Source: an uncultured virus (IMG/VR IMGVR_UViG_3300025030_000084) (Duplodnaviria; Heunggongvirae; Uroviricota; Caudoviricetes). From it: a DNA stretch of 20,000 nucleotides. Below, in pieces: positions 1-8,100 of the stretch. The DNA lies in the IMG/VR virus record IMGVR_UViG_3300025030_000084; one strand, given 5' to 3'. Below the pieces are notes generated by a model, which did no database searches, was not told where the DNA came from, and saw only the letters and a list, made by a program, of their open reading frames with translations. The translations under genes and the position numbers were made by a program. Position 1 is the first letter of the stretch; every line of letters begins with the position of its first letter.

Positions 1-300
1 CTCGTTTCCGAGTCGGTGTATACCGCATCGGACGAAACGGTAGCAGCTCCCGTCATGAGCATGATCGCACCGAAAAGCGCCCTGCTGTGCTACTCGCACC
101 CCTCGCCCTCCCTCATGCAGCCGACCGCCGGTTACATCTTCTCGTGGGCTGGCCTGACCGGCCTGAACAACGCAGGTATCCGCACCAAGCGTTTCCGCAT
201 GGAGCATCTGGAATCGGAGCGCGTGGAAAACTCGATGGCTTTCGACATGAAGATGGTTGCCGCTGATATGGGCTACTACTTCAGCGGGACCGTCTCCTAA
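1..300 (+). CDS. Major capsid protein, C-terminal part (5' truncated)
   Basis: Frame is open from base 1 to TAA at 298-300. The sequence (PSPSLMQPTAGYIFSW...DMKMVAADMGYYFSGTVS) resembles C-termini of lambda gpE-like HK97-fold capsid proteins, and it lies directly upstream of the head-tail joining genes. Confidence 0.75.
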   Translation, partial: LVSESVYTASDETVAAPVMSMIAPKSALLCYSHPSPSLMQPTAGYIFSWAGLTGLNNAGIRTKRFRMEHLESERVENSMAFDMKMVAADMGYYFSGTVS

Positions 301-325
301 TCCAATAACGGGGAGGTAGCAACAC

Positions 326-634
326 ATGGCTAGTTGTGGTGAATATGGTGGGCGTGTTTTGCGACCTTTTAAGGGCTTCGGGGTAGCGTTCATACAGGGC
401 GCTACCCTTACCCCGGAGACGGTCAAAAACTGGCCCCTTGCGAACAAAAGGGCGCTTCACGAAAACGGTACTGTTGAATGGTACGGCCCCCCGAGTGAAG
501 CGGAGGCAGAAGTAAGAGAGGCAGGGAAAGAAAACAAGGCGAAAGGCACATCACGCAGATCGGCCCCGGCAGAGAAACCGGCAGAAAAGACTTCGGCCCC
601 GGCGAAAGCCGCACCGAGAAGGAGGACAAGGTAA
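326..634 (+). CDS. Small post-capsid protein with a charged, low-complexity K/A/E/P/R-rich tail (102 aa)
   Basis: SD GGGGAGG at about 310-316. Position right after the capsid gene is typical of small head-associated proteins. Function not recognised. Confidence 0.7.
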   Translation: MASCGEYGGRVLRPFKGFGVAFIQGATLTPETVKNWPLANKRALHENGTVEWYGPPSEAEAEVREAGKENKAKGTSRRSAPAEKPAEKTSAPAKAAPRRRTR

Positions 635-1108
635 ATGGCTCTCACCGCAAAGAAAACCGGATTCGTCAACAAACGTTCCAACGGTTGCCAAATCTTCGCT
701 GATATCAACGTCAACGGACGGAATGTTCCGTCTTCGCTGACTTTTGCTATCGCGCAGAATACAACCCAATACGGAACGGAGATTGAGGTTTCCGTTTGCA
801 ACAGCGCCGGTCATGTGATCCCCGGCCCCCACGTTCTGGACGTGTGGCTTTCGGACGCAGCGGACGGCATCGGTGTAACCGGCACTGACCCCGCAGGTAA
901 CATCACCGCGAAAGCAAACTCCGGCGTAGTTCTCGGCATCATGGCAACTAAAAAGGCGTTCCGTGTGGTCACGGCAGCAACCGGCAAGTTCACTCTTCAG
1001 ATCATTGACGATGTAACCCCGGTCCTGCTCTACATGGCGGCAAGCCTGCCTAGCTTCGGCTGTATGGCTGTTTCCCGCAAGACGGTAGCGGGCGATTACA
1101 AACCGTAA
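635..1108 (+). CDS. Putative virion structural protein, beta-rich (possible head decoration), 157 aa
   Basis: SD AAGGAGG at 619-625 and ATG immediately after the previous TAA. V/T/G/A-rich beta-strand pattern. Function inferred from position only. Confidence 0.65.
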   Translation: MALTAKKTGFVNKRSNGCQIFADINVNGRNVPSSLTFAIAQNTTQYGTEIEVSVCNSAGHVIPGPHVLDVWLSDAADGIGVTGTDPAGNITAKANSGVVLGIMATKKAFRVVTAATGKFTLQIIDDVTPVLLYMAASLPSFGCMAVSRKTVAGDYKP

Positions 1109-1117
1109 CCAAGGACA

Positions 1118-1147
1118 GGGGCAGGGTGTTTAACCGCATCCTGCCCC
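1118..1147 (+). promoter_or_regulatory. GC-rich intergenic stem-loop without U-tract
   Basis: GGGGCAGGGTG (1118-1128) pairs with CATCCTGCCCC (1137-1147): 11 bp with one G-U and an 8-nt loop. It is followed by AAAGG rather than T residues. Confidence 0.6.
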
Positions 1148-1160
1148 AAAGGATTATCAA

Positions 1161-1541
1161 ATGGCATGGACGTATTCAGGTAATCCCGCAGCAAACAGCA
1201 AGGACGCCGTTCGTTTTCTCGTAGGTGATACTCAAGAAGACGAGCAATTGGTTCAGGACGCGGAAATATCCTGGGCCTTAGCTGAGAGTAACAACAACGT
1301 ATATGCAGCAGCCGCAGCGATAGCTGACAGTATTGCCGCTTTCTTTGCCACTCAACCCGACACCGTGAAGATTGGTCCGATAACGGAACAAGCAAGTTAC
1401 CGCGCCAAGAATTATGCGGACCTTGCTATCAGGTTGAGTGCCAAAGCAAACCGCAAACAAACCATTATACCTATCGGTGGTTCAGAAACAGCCGCTACTT
1501 TCAGTAAAGGGATGCACGATCATAACGGGGAGATTGCCTAA
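1161..1541 (+). CDS. Head-tail adaptor/connector protein (126 aa)
   Basis: N-terminus MAWTYSGNP...DAVRFLVGDT...DAEI and a helical body resemble phage head-tail adaptors; size and gene order fit. Confidence 0.7.
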   Translation: MAWTYSGNPAANSKDAVRFLVGDTQEDEQLVQDAEISWALAESNNNVYAAAAAIADSIAAFFATQPDTVKIGPITEQASYRAKNYADLAIRLSAKANRKQTIIPIGGSETAATFSKGMHDHNGEIA

Positions 1542-1544
1542 GTC

Positions 1545-1907
1545 ATGGGTTTTTACGAAAGACAGGCAATAAAGGCGAATAAGCTGATTTCCCGGCGTGG
1601 CCTAGCCATGACCCTAAGAGTCATAACAAAGGGGGCGTATGACGCCTCTACGCGCCTGTTTGGGGCAGACATTGTAACCGATTACCCCTGCAACGGGGTG
1701 ATTGAAGAATACAGCGAAAGAGACATTGACGGAACTGTTATCAAACAGGGCGACAAGAAAATCATTCTGGCAGCATACGGATTGCCCGTGCAACCGGAAG
1801 CCAAGAACTTGATTATCATGGGGGAGGAGATTTGGCTGGTTCAGAAAAACAAGCCGCTAGCTCCCGGCGGTATCGCTGTCATTCACACGGTACAGGTTCG
1901 TAAATGA
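1545..1907 (+). CDS. Head closure / head-tail joining protein (120 aa)
   Basis: Motifs G-x-YD, IDGTVIKQGDKK and terminal QVRK are typical of siphophage stopper proteins; it follows the adaptor. Confidence 0.75.
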   Translation: MGFYERQAIKANKLISRRGLAMTLRVITKGAYDASTRLFGADIVTDYPCNGVIEEYSERDIDGTVIKQGDKKIILAAYGLPVQPEAKNLIIMGEEIWLVQKNKPLAPGGIAVIHTVQVRK

Positions 1908-2332
1908 TAGAAGACCTGAAAAAGTTTCAACTGGATCTAACCCACTTTCATGAAATAGTGGTTCCTGAAACCCATGCGAAACTGTGCGGAAGAATCGCTT
2001 TCAGGCTGCACCAATACGTTGTGGCAGGTTCCCCCGGTGGTCCCGGCACTCCGGTTGACACTGGATGGGCAAGAGCAAATTGGGCGGTTAAAGTAGGCTG
2101 GACTTGCCCCACTGAACCGATAGGAACTTATCCCGGTAAAGGCAACAAGACCGATCTACCTGTGTTCAACGCAGCGGGTGCGGTATTCACCTTACCGAAA
2201 TACCCGTTCATTTGGGTATACAACAACGTGCCGTATATCGAAGCATTGGAAGACGGACACAGCGGCCAAGCACCTACGGGTGTGTTATCCGGGGCATTAA
2301 ACTCAATCCAAACATTCGTGGACAGCTTGTGA
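1904..2332 (+). CDS. Neck / tail completion protein, HK97 gp10-like (142 aa)
   Basis: Hallmark motifs TPVDTGWARANW and NNVPYIEALEDGHSGQAPTG; ATGA overlap with the upstream stop. Confidence 0.85.
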   Translation: MIEDLKKFQLDLTHFHEIVVPETHAKLCGRIAFRLHQYVVAGSPGGPGTPVDTGWARANWAVKVGWTCPTEPIGTYPGKGNKTDLPVFNAAGAVFTLPKYPFIWVYNNVPYIEALEDGHSGQAPTGVLSGALNSIQTFVDSL

Positions 2333-2745
2333 GCATAATAACTGAACATCTTGAATTAGGCACAAGGTTTAATCTGGAATGGGATAGCCGCACTCCGATA
2401 GCCTGGCCTAACTTGGAATTTGAGCCGCCTGCGCTCGATCAGGGTAACGCGGAATGGGTCCGGTTCAACATTATCGACAATGATGATGGGCAGCAGATTA
2501 CTATCGGTTCGGGCTTGAATGTGTGCCGGTTCACAGGCGTTATCATTATTCAGGTGTTCACGTCTCTGAACATAGGCAATCTTCCTGCACTCACCCGCGC
2601 CAATGAGATAGCGGCGATTTTCAATAAGTGGTGCGGGACCAACATAACGTGCAAGGTAGCTTCGGTTAAAGAGATCGGTGACGATAAAAACGGCAGGTAT
2701 CAGGTTAATTGCTTGATACCTTTTCACAGGGACGAATTACTTTAA
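2329..2745 (+). CDS. Tail terminator protein (138 aa)
   Basis: Start re-assigned from 2212 to GTG 2329 (GTGA overlap with the upstream TGA, same frame). Motifs IAWPNLEFEPP, WVRF, G-x-IIIQVF and YQVN...PF match tail-terminator-like proteins; it precedes the tail tube. Confidence 0.8.
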   Translation: MSIITEHLELGTRFNLEWDSRTPIAWPNLEFEPPALDQGNAEWVRFNIIDNDDGQQITIGSGLNVCRFTGVIIIQVFTSLNIGNLPALTRANEIAAIFNKWCGTNITCKVASVKEIGDDKNGRYQVNCLIPFHRDELL

Positions 2746-2757
2746 AGGAGGTTGAAT

Positions 2758-2934
2758 ATGGTAAGGCTGTTGGAAGTGCAGATGGTTGACGGGAAGAAGG
2801 TGGAAGCGGGGGAGGTTATCTCAGCGGACACGGCAACCGAAACCGCGCTGGTAGCACACGGCAAAGCGGAATTCGTTGTTGTTGAGGAAAAAGAACTGCC
2901 GGGAATATACGTCGAAGAAAAGAAAGGGAAATAA
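2758..2934 (+). CDS. Small hypothetical protein (58 aa) before the tail tube
   Basis: Perfect SD AAGGAGG at 2745-2751 followed by ATG 2758 (preferred over TTG 2752). The pattern GEVI...LVAHGKAEFV is common in small phage neck-region proteins. Confidence 0.7.
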   Translation: MVRLLEVQMVDGKKVEAGEVISADTATETALVAHGKAEFVVVEEKELPGIYVEEKKGK

Positions 2935-2966
2935 ACAACACACTATCAAGATAAGGAGAGTAAACA

Positions 2967-4157
2967 ATGCCCACAACTGGTTTTGCCGCTGGCGTAGCAT
3001 CCAACGACGTACTGCTTTCGTATGCACCTGAAGCGACTTGGGGAACGAAACCGGCAGTTGCGTTCAATCAGATCCGTGTTCAGTCGGAGGGGTTCCAAGT
3101 TTCCAAAACCCGCGCACGTCCCGATGAGATCAACAGCGGGGGTCAGGTAAGTTCCGCTGTCACAACCAAAGTGGAGTGCAAGGGGGATGTGAAGTTTGCG
3201 CTTTCCACCGCAACCCCGCTGGACCTTTTCACAGCTTCCATCATGGGCGTGGCTGATACCGCTATCAGCTTTGCAGCAAAAACAACCATCGCTGCTACCG
3301 CTTCGGGCTTTACCGATTCCGGCAGCGGTTTTGTCACCGGGAACATTCACGCCGGAGACTGGATCAGGGTCAAGGGCTATCTTGCAGGTAATGCAGCTAT
3401 CAACGGGTACTATCAGGTGCTTACCGTTGTTGCCGGTACGATCACCACGCTTCCGGCACCCCCGCAGACAGCGGCAGCAGGGGATTCTGTTACTATCACC
3501 GGTAACAAGGTGCTTAACGGGACTACGGTAAACAGCTTTTATTTCCAGAAGCAGCTTGCCGCAGCACTCTTCCTCCAGTATCCGGGTTCGACTCCGATTT
3601 CTGGCAGCATCTCTGCTTCGTTAGGTTCCTTCTTTTCCGGGGATCTCGCATTTCTGAGCAAGAGCGAAGTCAAAGCAACTACCGATGGGTCTACCGGGGC
3701 GCAGGTTGCCGCAGGTACGGGAAGCGTGATTGATACCATTAACGGTTTCGGGACCATCTACCGTGGCACAACGGCCCTTTCGGCGCTTCTTAACAAGATT
3801 GACCTGAAATGGCAGCAGCAGAACGCAAGGGGACAGTACGGACTCGGTTCCACGGCTGCACAGGGCTTCGGCAAGGGGCAGTTGGAAGTGACCGGCAGCA
3901 TGGAAGTTTATTTCAAGGACTTCGCGCTGTATGACGAATTCATTGCGGAAACCGCCGCTATGATATCCTTCCGTGCGGTTGACCTTACCGGCGCAGGTTA
4001 CGTGTTCACCGTGGCGAACGCCACTATCATGAATCCGACCATTGTAGCAGGCGGACCCAATCAGGACGTTATGGCAACGTTCCAGATTGAGGGCAACCCC
4101 TCCGCAGCGGGCGGGATCTTCGCAGGAGCGACCCTCCAGATCGATAAAGTGACCTAG
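2967..4157 (+). CDS. Major tail (tube) protein (396 aa)
   Basis: SD TAAGGAG. N-terminal E-x-TWGTKP and C-terminal VTGSMEVYFKD...YDEF...G-x-YVF motifs of siphophage tube proteins; lies between terminator and chaperone genes. Confidence 0.9.
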   Translation: MPTTGFAAGVASNDVLLSYAPEATWGTKPAVAFNQIRVQSEGFQVSKTRARPDEINSGGQVSSAVTTKVECKGDVKFALSTATPLDLFTASIMGVADTAISFAAKTTIAATASGFTDSGSGFVTGNIHAGDWIRVKGYLAGNAAINGYYQVLTVVAGTITTLPAPPQTAAAGDSVTITGNKVLNGTTVNSFYFQKQLAAALFLQYPGSTPISGSISASLGSFFSGDLAFLSKSEVKATTDGSTGAQVAAGTGSVIDTINGFGTIYRGTTALSALLNKIDLKWQQQNARGQYGLGSTAAQGFGKGQLEVTGSMEVYFKDFALYDEFIAETAAMISFRAVDLTGAGYVFTVANATIMNPTIVAGGPNQDVMATFQIEGNPSAAGGIFAGATLQIDKVT

Positions 4158-4174
4158 TTGATAGGTCATGAGAT

Positions 4175-4250
4175 TTGGCGGCGCACGTTACCCCCTTCCG
4201 TGTGTTCCGAATTGCGGATTTACCGCCAATTATAATTTGGTTAAGGGGTA
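4175..4250 (+). promoter_or_regulatory. Candidate structured cis-regulatory RNA (three-way junction plus possible pseudoknot)
   Basis: Hand-derived pairings: 4175-4181/4223-4229, 4182-4187/4199-4204, 4206-4209/4215-4218. The loop TTACCCCCTTC (4188-4198) is complementary to AAGGGGTA (4243-4250) and to the downstream SD AAGGGGG (4302-4308). Confidence 0.4.
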
Positions 4251-4268
4251 GGGCAGGGCAACAGCATA

Positions 4269-4293
4269 ACCTCGGCTATATGAGGTAATTTTT
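4269..4293 (+). terminator. Weak putative intrinsic terminator/attenuator after the tail tube gene
   Basis: ACCTCG (4269-4274) pairs with TGAGGT (4281-4286), 6-nt loop, followed by AATTTTT. The stem is short and the U-tract imperfect. Confidence 0.4.
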
Positions 4294-4314
4294 GAAGTCA
4301 AAAGGGGGAACACA

Positions 4315-4770
4315 ATGGCAAATCCTTACAACATGTTCAAAACCGATCCGCAGCTTGAGTCCGAAACCGGCATCATCCTCGATTACGGCGATTTCCGTTT
4401 CCGTGTCGGCAGGGCGGGGGGTGCAAACAAGAAGTACAGCAAGCTCATCGAAGCTCGCATGAAGCCGCATCAGCGGGCGCTGACTGCCGGGACGCTGGAC
4501 GAAGCTGTAGCAACCCGCATCCTCGTGGAAGTCTTCTCTTCCACTGTTATCTTCGACTGTGACGTTCTGGACAAGGAGAAAAGCACCGACGATAACCCGG
4601 TTTACATTCCCGGCATTATCAGCGAAACCGGCGAGGTTCTCCCGGACGAAGTTCAGAACCGCGTTTCGTGCTTGCTCAACCTGCCGGAACTGTTTCTGGA
4701 TATCAGGAAGCAGGCGAACGACTTTACCCTGTTCCTTCTGTCGCAGCAGGAAGAAATCGCAAAAAACTGA
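4315..4770 (+). CDS. Tail assembly chaperone (lambda gpG analogue, 151 aa)
   Basis: SD AAGGGGG at 4302-4308. Located between tube and tape measure; motif RVGRAGGANKKY; ends in slippery GCA AAA AAC TGA. Confidence 0.88.
   Translation: MANPYNMFKTDPQLESETGIILDYGDFRFRVGRAGGANKKYSKLIEARMKPHQRALTAGTLDEAVATRILVEVFSSTVIFDCDVLDKEKSTDDNPVYIPGIISETGEVLPDEVQNRVSCLLNLPELFLDIRKQANDFTLFLLSQQEEIAKN
4761..4767 (+). other. Programmed -1 ribosomal frameshift site A AAA AAC
   Basis: X XXY YYZ heptamer in the correct phase directly before the TGA; the -1 frame is open to 5099. Confidence 0.85.
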
Positions 4771-5099
4771 TAAGCTGCCTTGAATGGAACTCAACATGGG
4801 GTAATCGCTTACAAGCGTTGACAGAGATGGAGCAGAGTACAGGGGAAACACCCCATGCCCTGCTCCATCGCCCCACGCCAAACCCTGAAGACATACCCTA
4901 TTGGAACGCTTTTCAGGATTTGACAGGTTCAAGGCAGTGGACTCAAGCTGGACCCGCATCAATACCCTTTCAAACGATTATTCTTTGGCTGGACGAGAAT
5001 TTGGTGTATGACGTAGACGATAGGGCAGACTATATCAGAGTCATTCAGCAAATTGACGCAGGCTACTTAAATATACAATACGCCAAACTTAAAAAATAG
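4761..5099 (+). CDS. Frameshift extension of the tail assembly chaperone (gpT analogue); G-T fusion 4315-5099, about 261 aa
   Basis: -1 frame reads KKLISCLEW...YWNAFQDLTGSRQW...IPFQTI..W...IQQIDAGYL, with the W-x-AF-x-DL...R and IP...I..W motifs typical of gpT-like segments; no convincing SD or start of its own. Confidence 0.82.
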   Translation, partial: KKLISCLEWNSTWGNRLQALTEMEQSTGETPHALLHRPTPNPEDIPYWNAFQDLTGSRQWTQAGPASIPFQTIILWLDENLVYDVDDRADYIRVIQQIDAGYLNIQYAKLKK

Positions 5100-5106
5100 G
5101 TGACGC

Positions 5107-8100
5107 ATGGGCCACGAAACATTTTTGAGAGTCGGGATAGACGGCACAGGCGCACAGACGGGGGCGCGGGTCGTAACCCGTTCCCTTAGCGACATATCCA
5201 ATCAAGCCGCACAGACGCACAATTCCATGCAGCACTTACGAAACATATTTCTTGGTTTCGGGGGTGCTGCTGTTGGCATTTACGGGGTAGCAACAGCTTT
5301 CCAGAAGTTGCGAGAAGCACTGATGGGCGTTTTGGAATACATGGGGCGGATCGAAACTGAAACACTAGGTATCGCCGCCTCTTTTACTACAGGGGGGCGT
5401 TTTGTTGAGACGCTGACCGGTAAGGTGCTTCAGGGACAGAATGCGCTGAATGCCGCTATGAACGTTTCAAGGTCCGTGATCGATCAGTTACGCGTGGCGA
5501 ACTTCAACACCATAGCAACCCTCGACCAATTGATATACGCCTATCAGGTGACGCTGCCCGTTGCAATGGGTAAGGGTTTCGACAAGGCTAAAGTTATGGA
5601 CTTCACCGTTGCTATGGTACAGGCAGCGGGTGCTATCGGTTTGCCGTTTGACCAGATAGCTGAAGAAACGAGGTCCATGCTGACCGGCAACATTACTCGT
5701 AACTCTCGTATTGCACAGGTGCTCGGTATCCGGCCCGAAGACGTACACGCAATTAAAAATGATAGTGAAGCCCTTTTCAGTTTCCTCATGGGTAGGCTGG
5801 AAGGGTTTAAGCAAGCTGGTATCGAGTCGCAAAAAACATGGGCCGGTTTGTGGTCTAACTTCAAAGACGTGGCGCAACAGGCGCTTTCTCTTTCGTTTGA
5901 GCCTATGTTCAACGAAGTGAAGCGCGGTCTTAAAGGCATGATTGACTACATGGGTACGGTTGATAATGAAGCTAAAAAATTCAACTGGAATCCTGAAGTT
6001 CTTGAAAACCTCAAGGAACTGAAAGAAGGGTTGAAAGACGTGCTTGCTTTTATCAGCGGTACGGTTTCTTTCTTTAACAAATACGGTGACGCAATTCTCA
6101 CTGTAGTAAAAGCTTACGTTGGCTATAAAGCGGCTATACTCGCAAACACGCTGCTTCAGAAAACAATGAACAGCGAACTTATGCAGACGATAGCACTTCA
6201 GATAAAGTTAGCGACAACTGTAACAAGAACGCAAGTTAAAGACGGGTACGATTACAAGGGTCGAATGTTATCCCCATTTGGTCAGGTGGGGACTAACGGC
6301 GGTATGCACGGAGATGGTTCTACTGTTATCAGCGGCGACGTGGCAGGTATGAACAAGTTTAAGCAAGCCGCCAATGCTAACGCCGCTGCCGCTGCCGCAA
6401 GCGCAATGGCTGCTGAAACCGCTGCTGTCAGGGAACTATCAGCCGCGAAGCTGGCAGAACAAAAGACAAGGCTTGCTGTTAATCTTGCGGAACAGGAAAG
6501 CATAAGAACTTCCATGCAATCGCTATCCTCCACTCAGGCGGCAAACACCGCTACTTATGCCAAGATTGCGGCAAAGGAAAGAGAGGCTGCGTCTGAAGTA
6601 ACCTCACTTACCATGCTTCGCGCATCTATCGAAGCCGAAAGAGCGTTGATTGTTACCAAAATGCAGGCATTGGATGCTGATGCCGTAGCTTTGGCATTAC
6701 AGGAACGGACGCTAATCGCCAAGCAAGCCAATAGAGCGGCTACCGTTGCAGAGACTCAGCAACTCTTGGTACAGAAACAGGCATTGATAGCTAAGTGGGA
6801 GTCTGAACTGTTCTTTGAGGGGCGCAGCTTAACCCAATCTTCCGGCCTTAATCTGCTCAAGCAACAGGAAATCAACTTACGCCGTTCTCTTTCCGCGCAC
6901 ACGCGTCAAGCTGCTGTTGAAGAAGCGACGTTGGTTACTATAAAACAAAAGGCCATTGCAACTGATGTGGCAAAAGCACAGGCAATCAATGCGCTGGTTC
7001 CCTTGGCGGTTCAGCAAAACGGAGTTGAGCGGCAACTATCGGCTGCTGTTGCAACCCATAGCGCCTTAGAATTACGCGCAGGTTCCGCGTTGACGGAAAG
7101 GGGTGTTGCCGCAAAACAGCTTGTAGCTACTGAAATAGCGCAAGTGGGTATCGAGAAAGAATTGACGGCAGCAACTACAGCCGCAACGATAGCAACGGCA
7201 AACGAGCAGAAAGCAACTAACGCCGCAACAGTCGCCAAAATAAGGGCGACAGAAGCAAACGCGGCTCTTACCCTTAGTTCTCGCCTTGCAGCGGGCGCAA
7301 TGGGCATCCTGCGCGGTGCTTTGGCAGCTTTGGGCGGGCCTGTTGGGGCAATTATTACCGTGTTGGGCGTGGCAGCAATGGCTTGGTTCACTTTCGGTAA
7401 CAAAGCGGAAGAGGCAAACAAGAAAGCGTTGACGGACGCCGACTCGGTACTGAAGAATCTGGACGATCAGATAGATAAGCTTAACGAAATCAACCGGCTC
7501 AAATCAGATACCAAGTACACCCCTTCCATTGACCTGAAAGATAGGTCTTTGGCTGATTCTTCTTTGGGGTTGAAGAATGACGAACTCAGGGCAATCGCCA
7601 CTTATAAGGCTGAACTGACCGCACTGGATAACAAGCTTTCCAAAATGCTTAATGACAATATTGGATTTGAGTTGTCGGAAGAAGACACTAAACGCTATAA
7701 GGAACTGGAAGGTAGTATACAGCGTATTATTGATAACAGGTTGAAGTTGAACTTTGTTGAGAAGGAGCAAGCCTCCCCGGAATATGTAGCTAACGATAAA
7801 GTAGAAACAGACGCTGCCAGCAAGTTAAGCGCCTTGAGGAAGTTTCAGGACGCCAAGTTTGCTTTGGAAAAGGCGAACTCTGAATTTTCGATAGCTGGTT
7901 ATAGAGAAGACGCTGCAAGGAAGCTGTCGATTCTTGAAGACAGTTATGATCAGGCGCTAACCGCTTCCACTGAGTATTACAGGGAACGTGCGAATATCGA
8001 GAAGGAGAGCATAGAGCAGGAAATCAGCGCCAACAACAAGTTGATAGCAGAATTGAAGAAAGGGGGTGCTGAAAAGTTCTCGGTAAAAGAAGATCCTACC

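Noticed and set aside
292..325. Possible +1 frameshift at the capsid stop (TCC TAA) fusing it to the next ORF
   Set aside because: The +1 frame hits TAG at 317-319 before reaching the ORF at 326, and the -1 frame also stops at once.
632..637. In-frame TAA-ATG junctions (634/635 and 14552/14553) as split genes or readthrough fusions
   Set aside because: Each downstream gene has its own good SD inside the upstream gene, consistent with ordinary translational coupling.
4155..4234. Stop-codon readthrough of the tail tube TAG
   Set aside because: It would add only about 25 residues with no domain-like character before a TAA.
4228..4237. Palindromic AATTATAATT containing a TATAAT -10 box on both strands
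   Set aside because: No -35 hexamer at 16-18 nt spacing on either strand and no extended -10 TG; cannot be supported as a sigma70 promoter, although an activator-dependent promoter or operator is not excluded.
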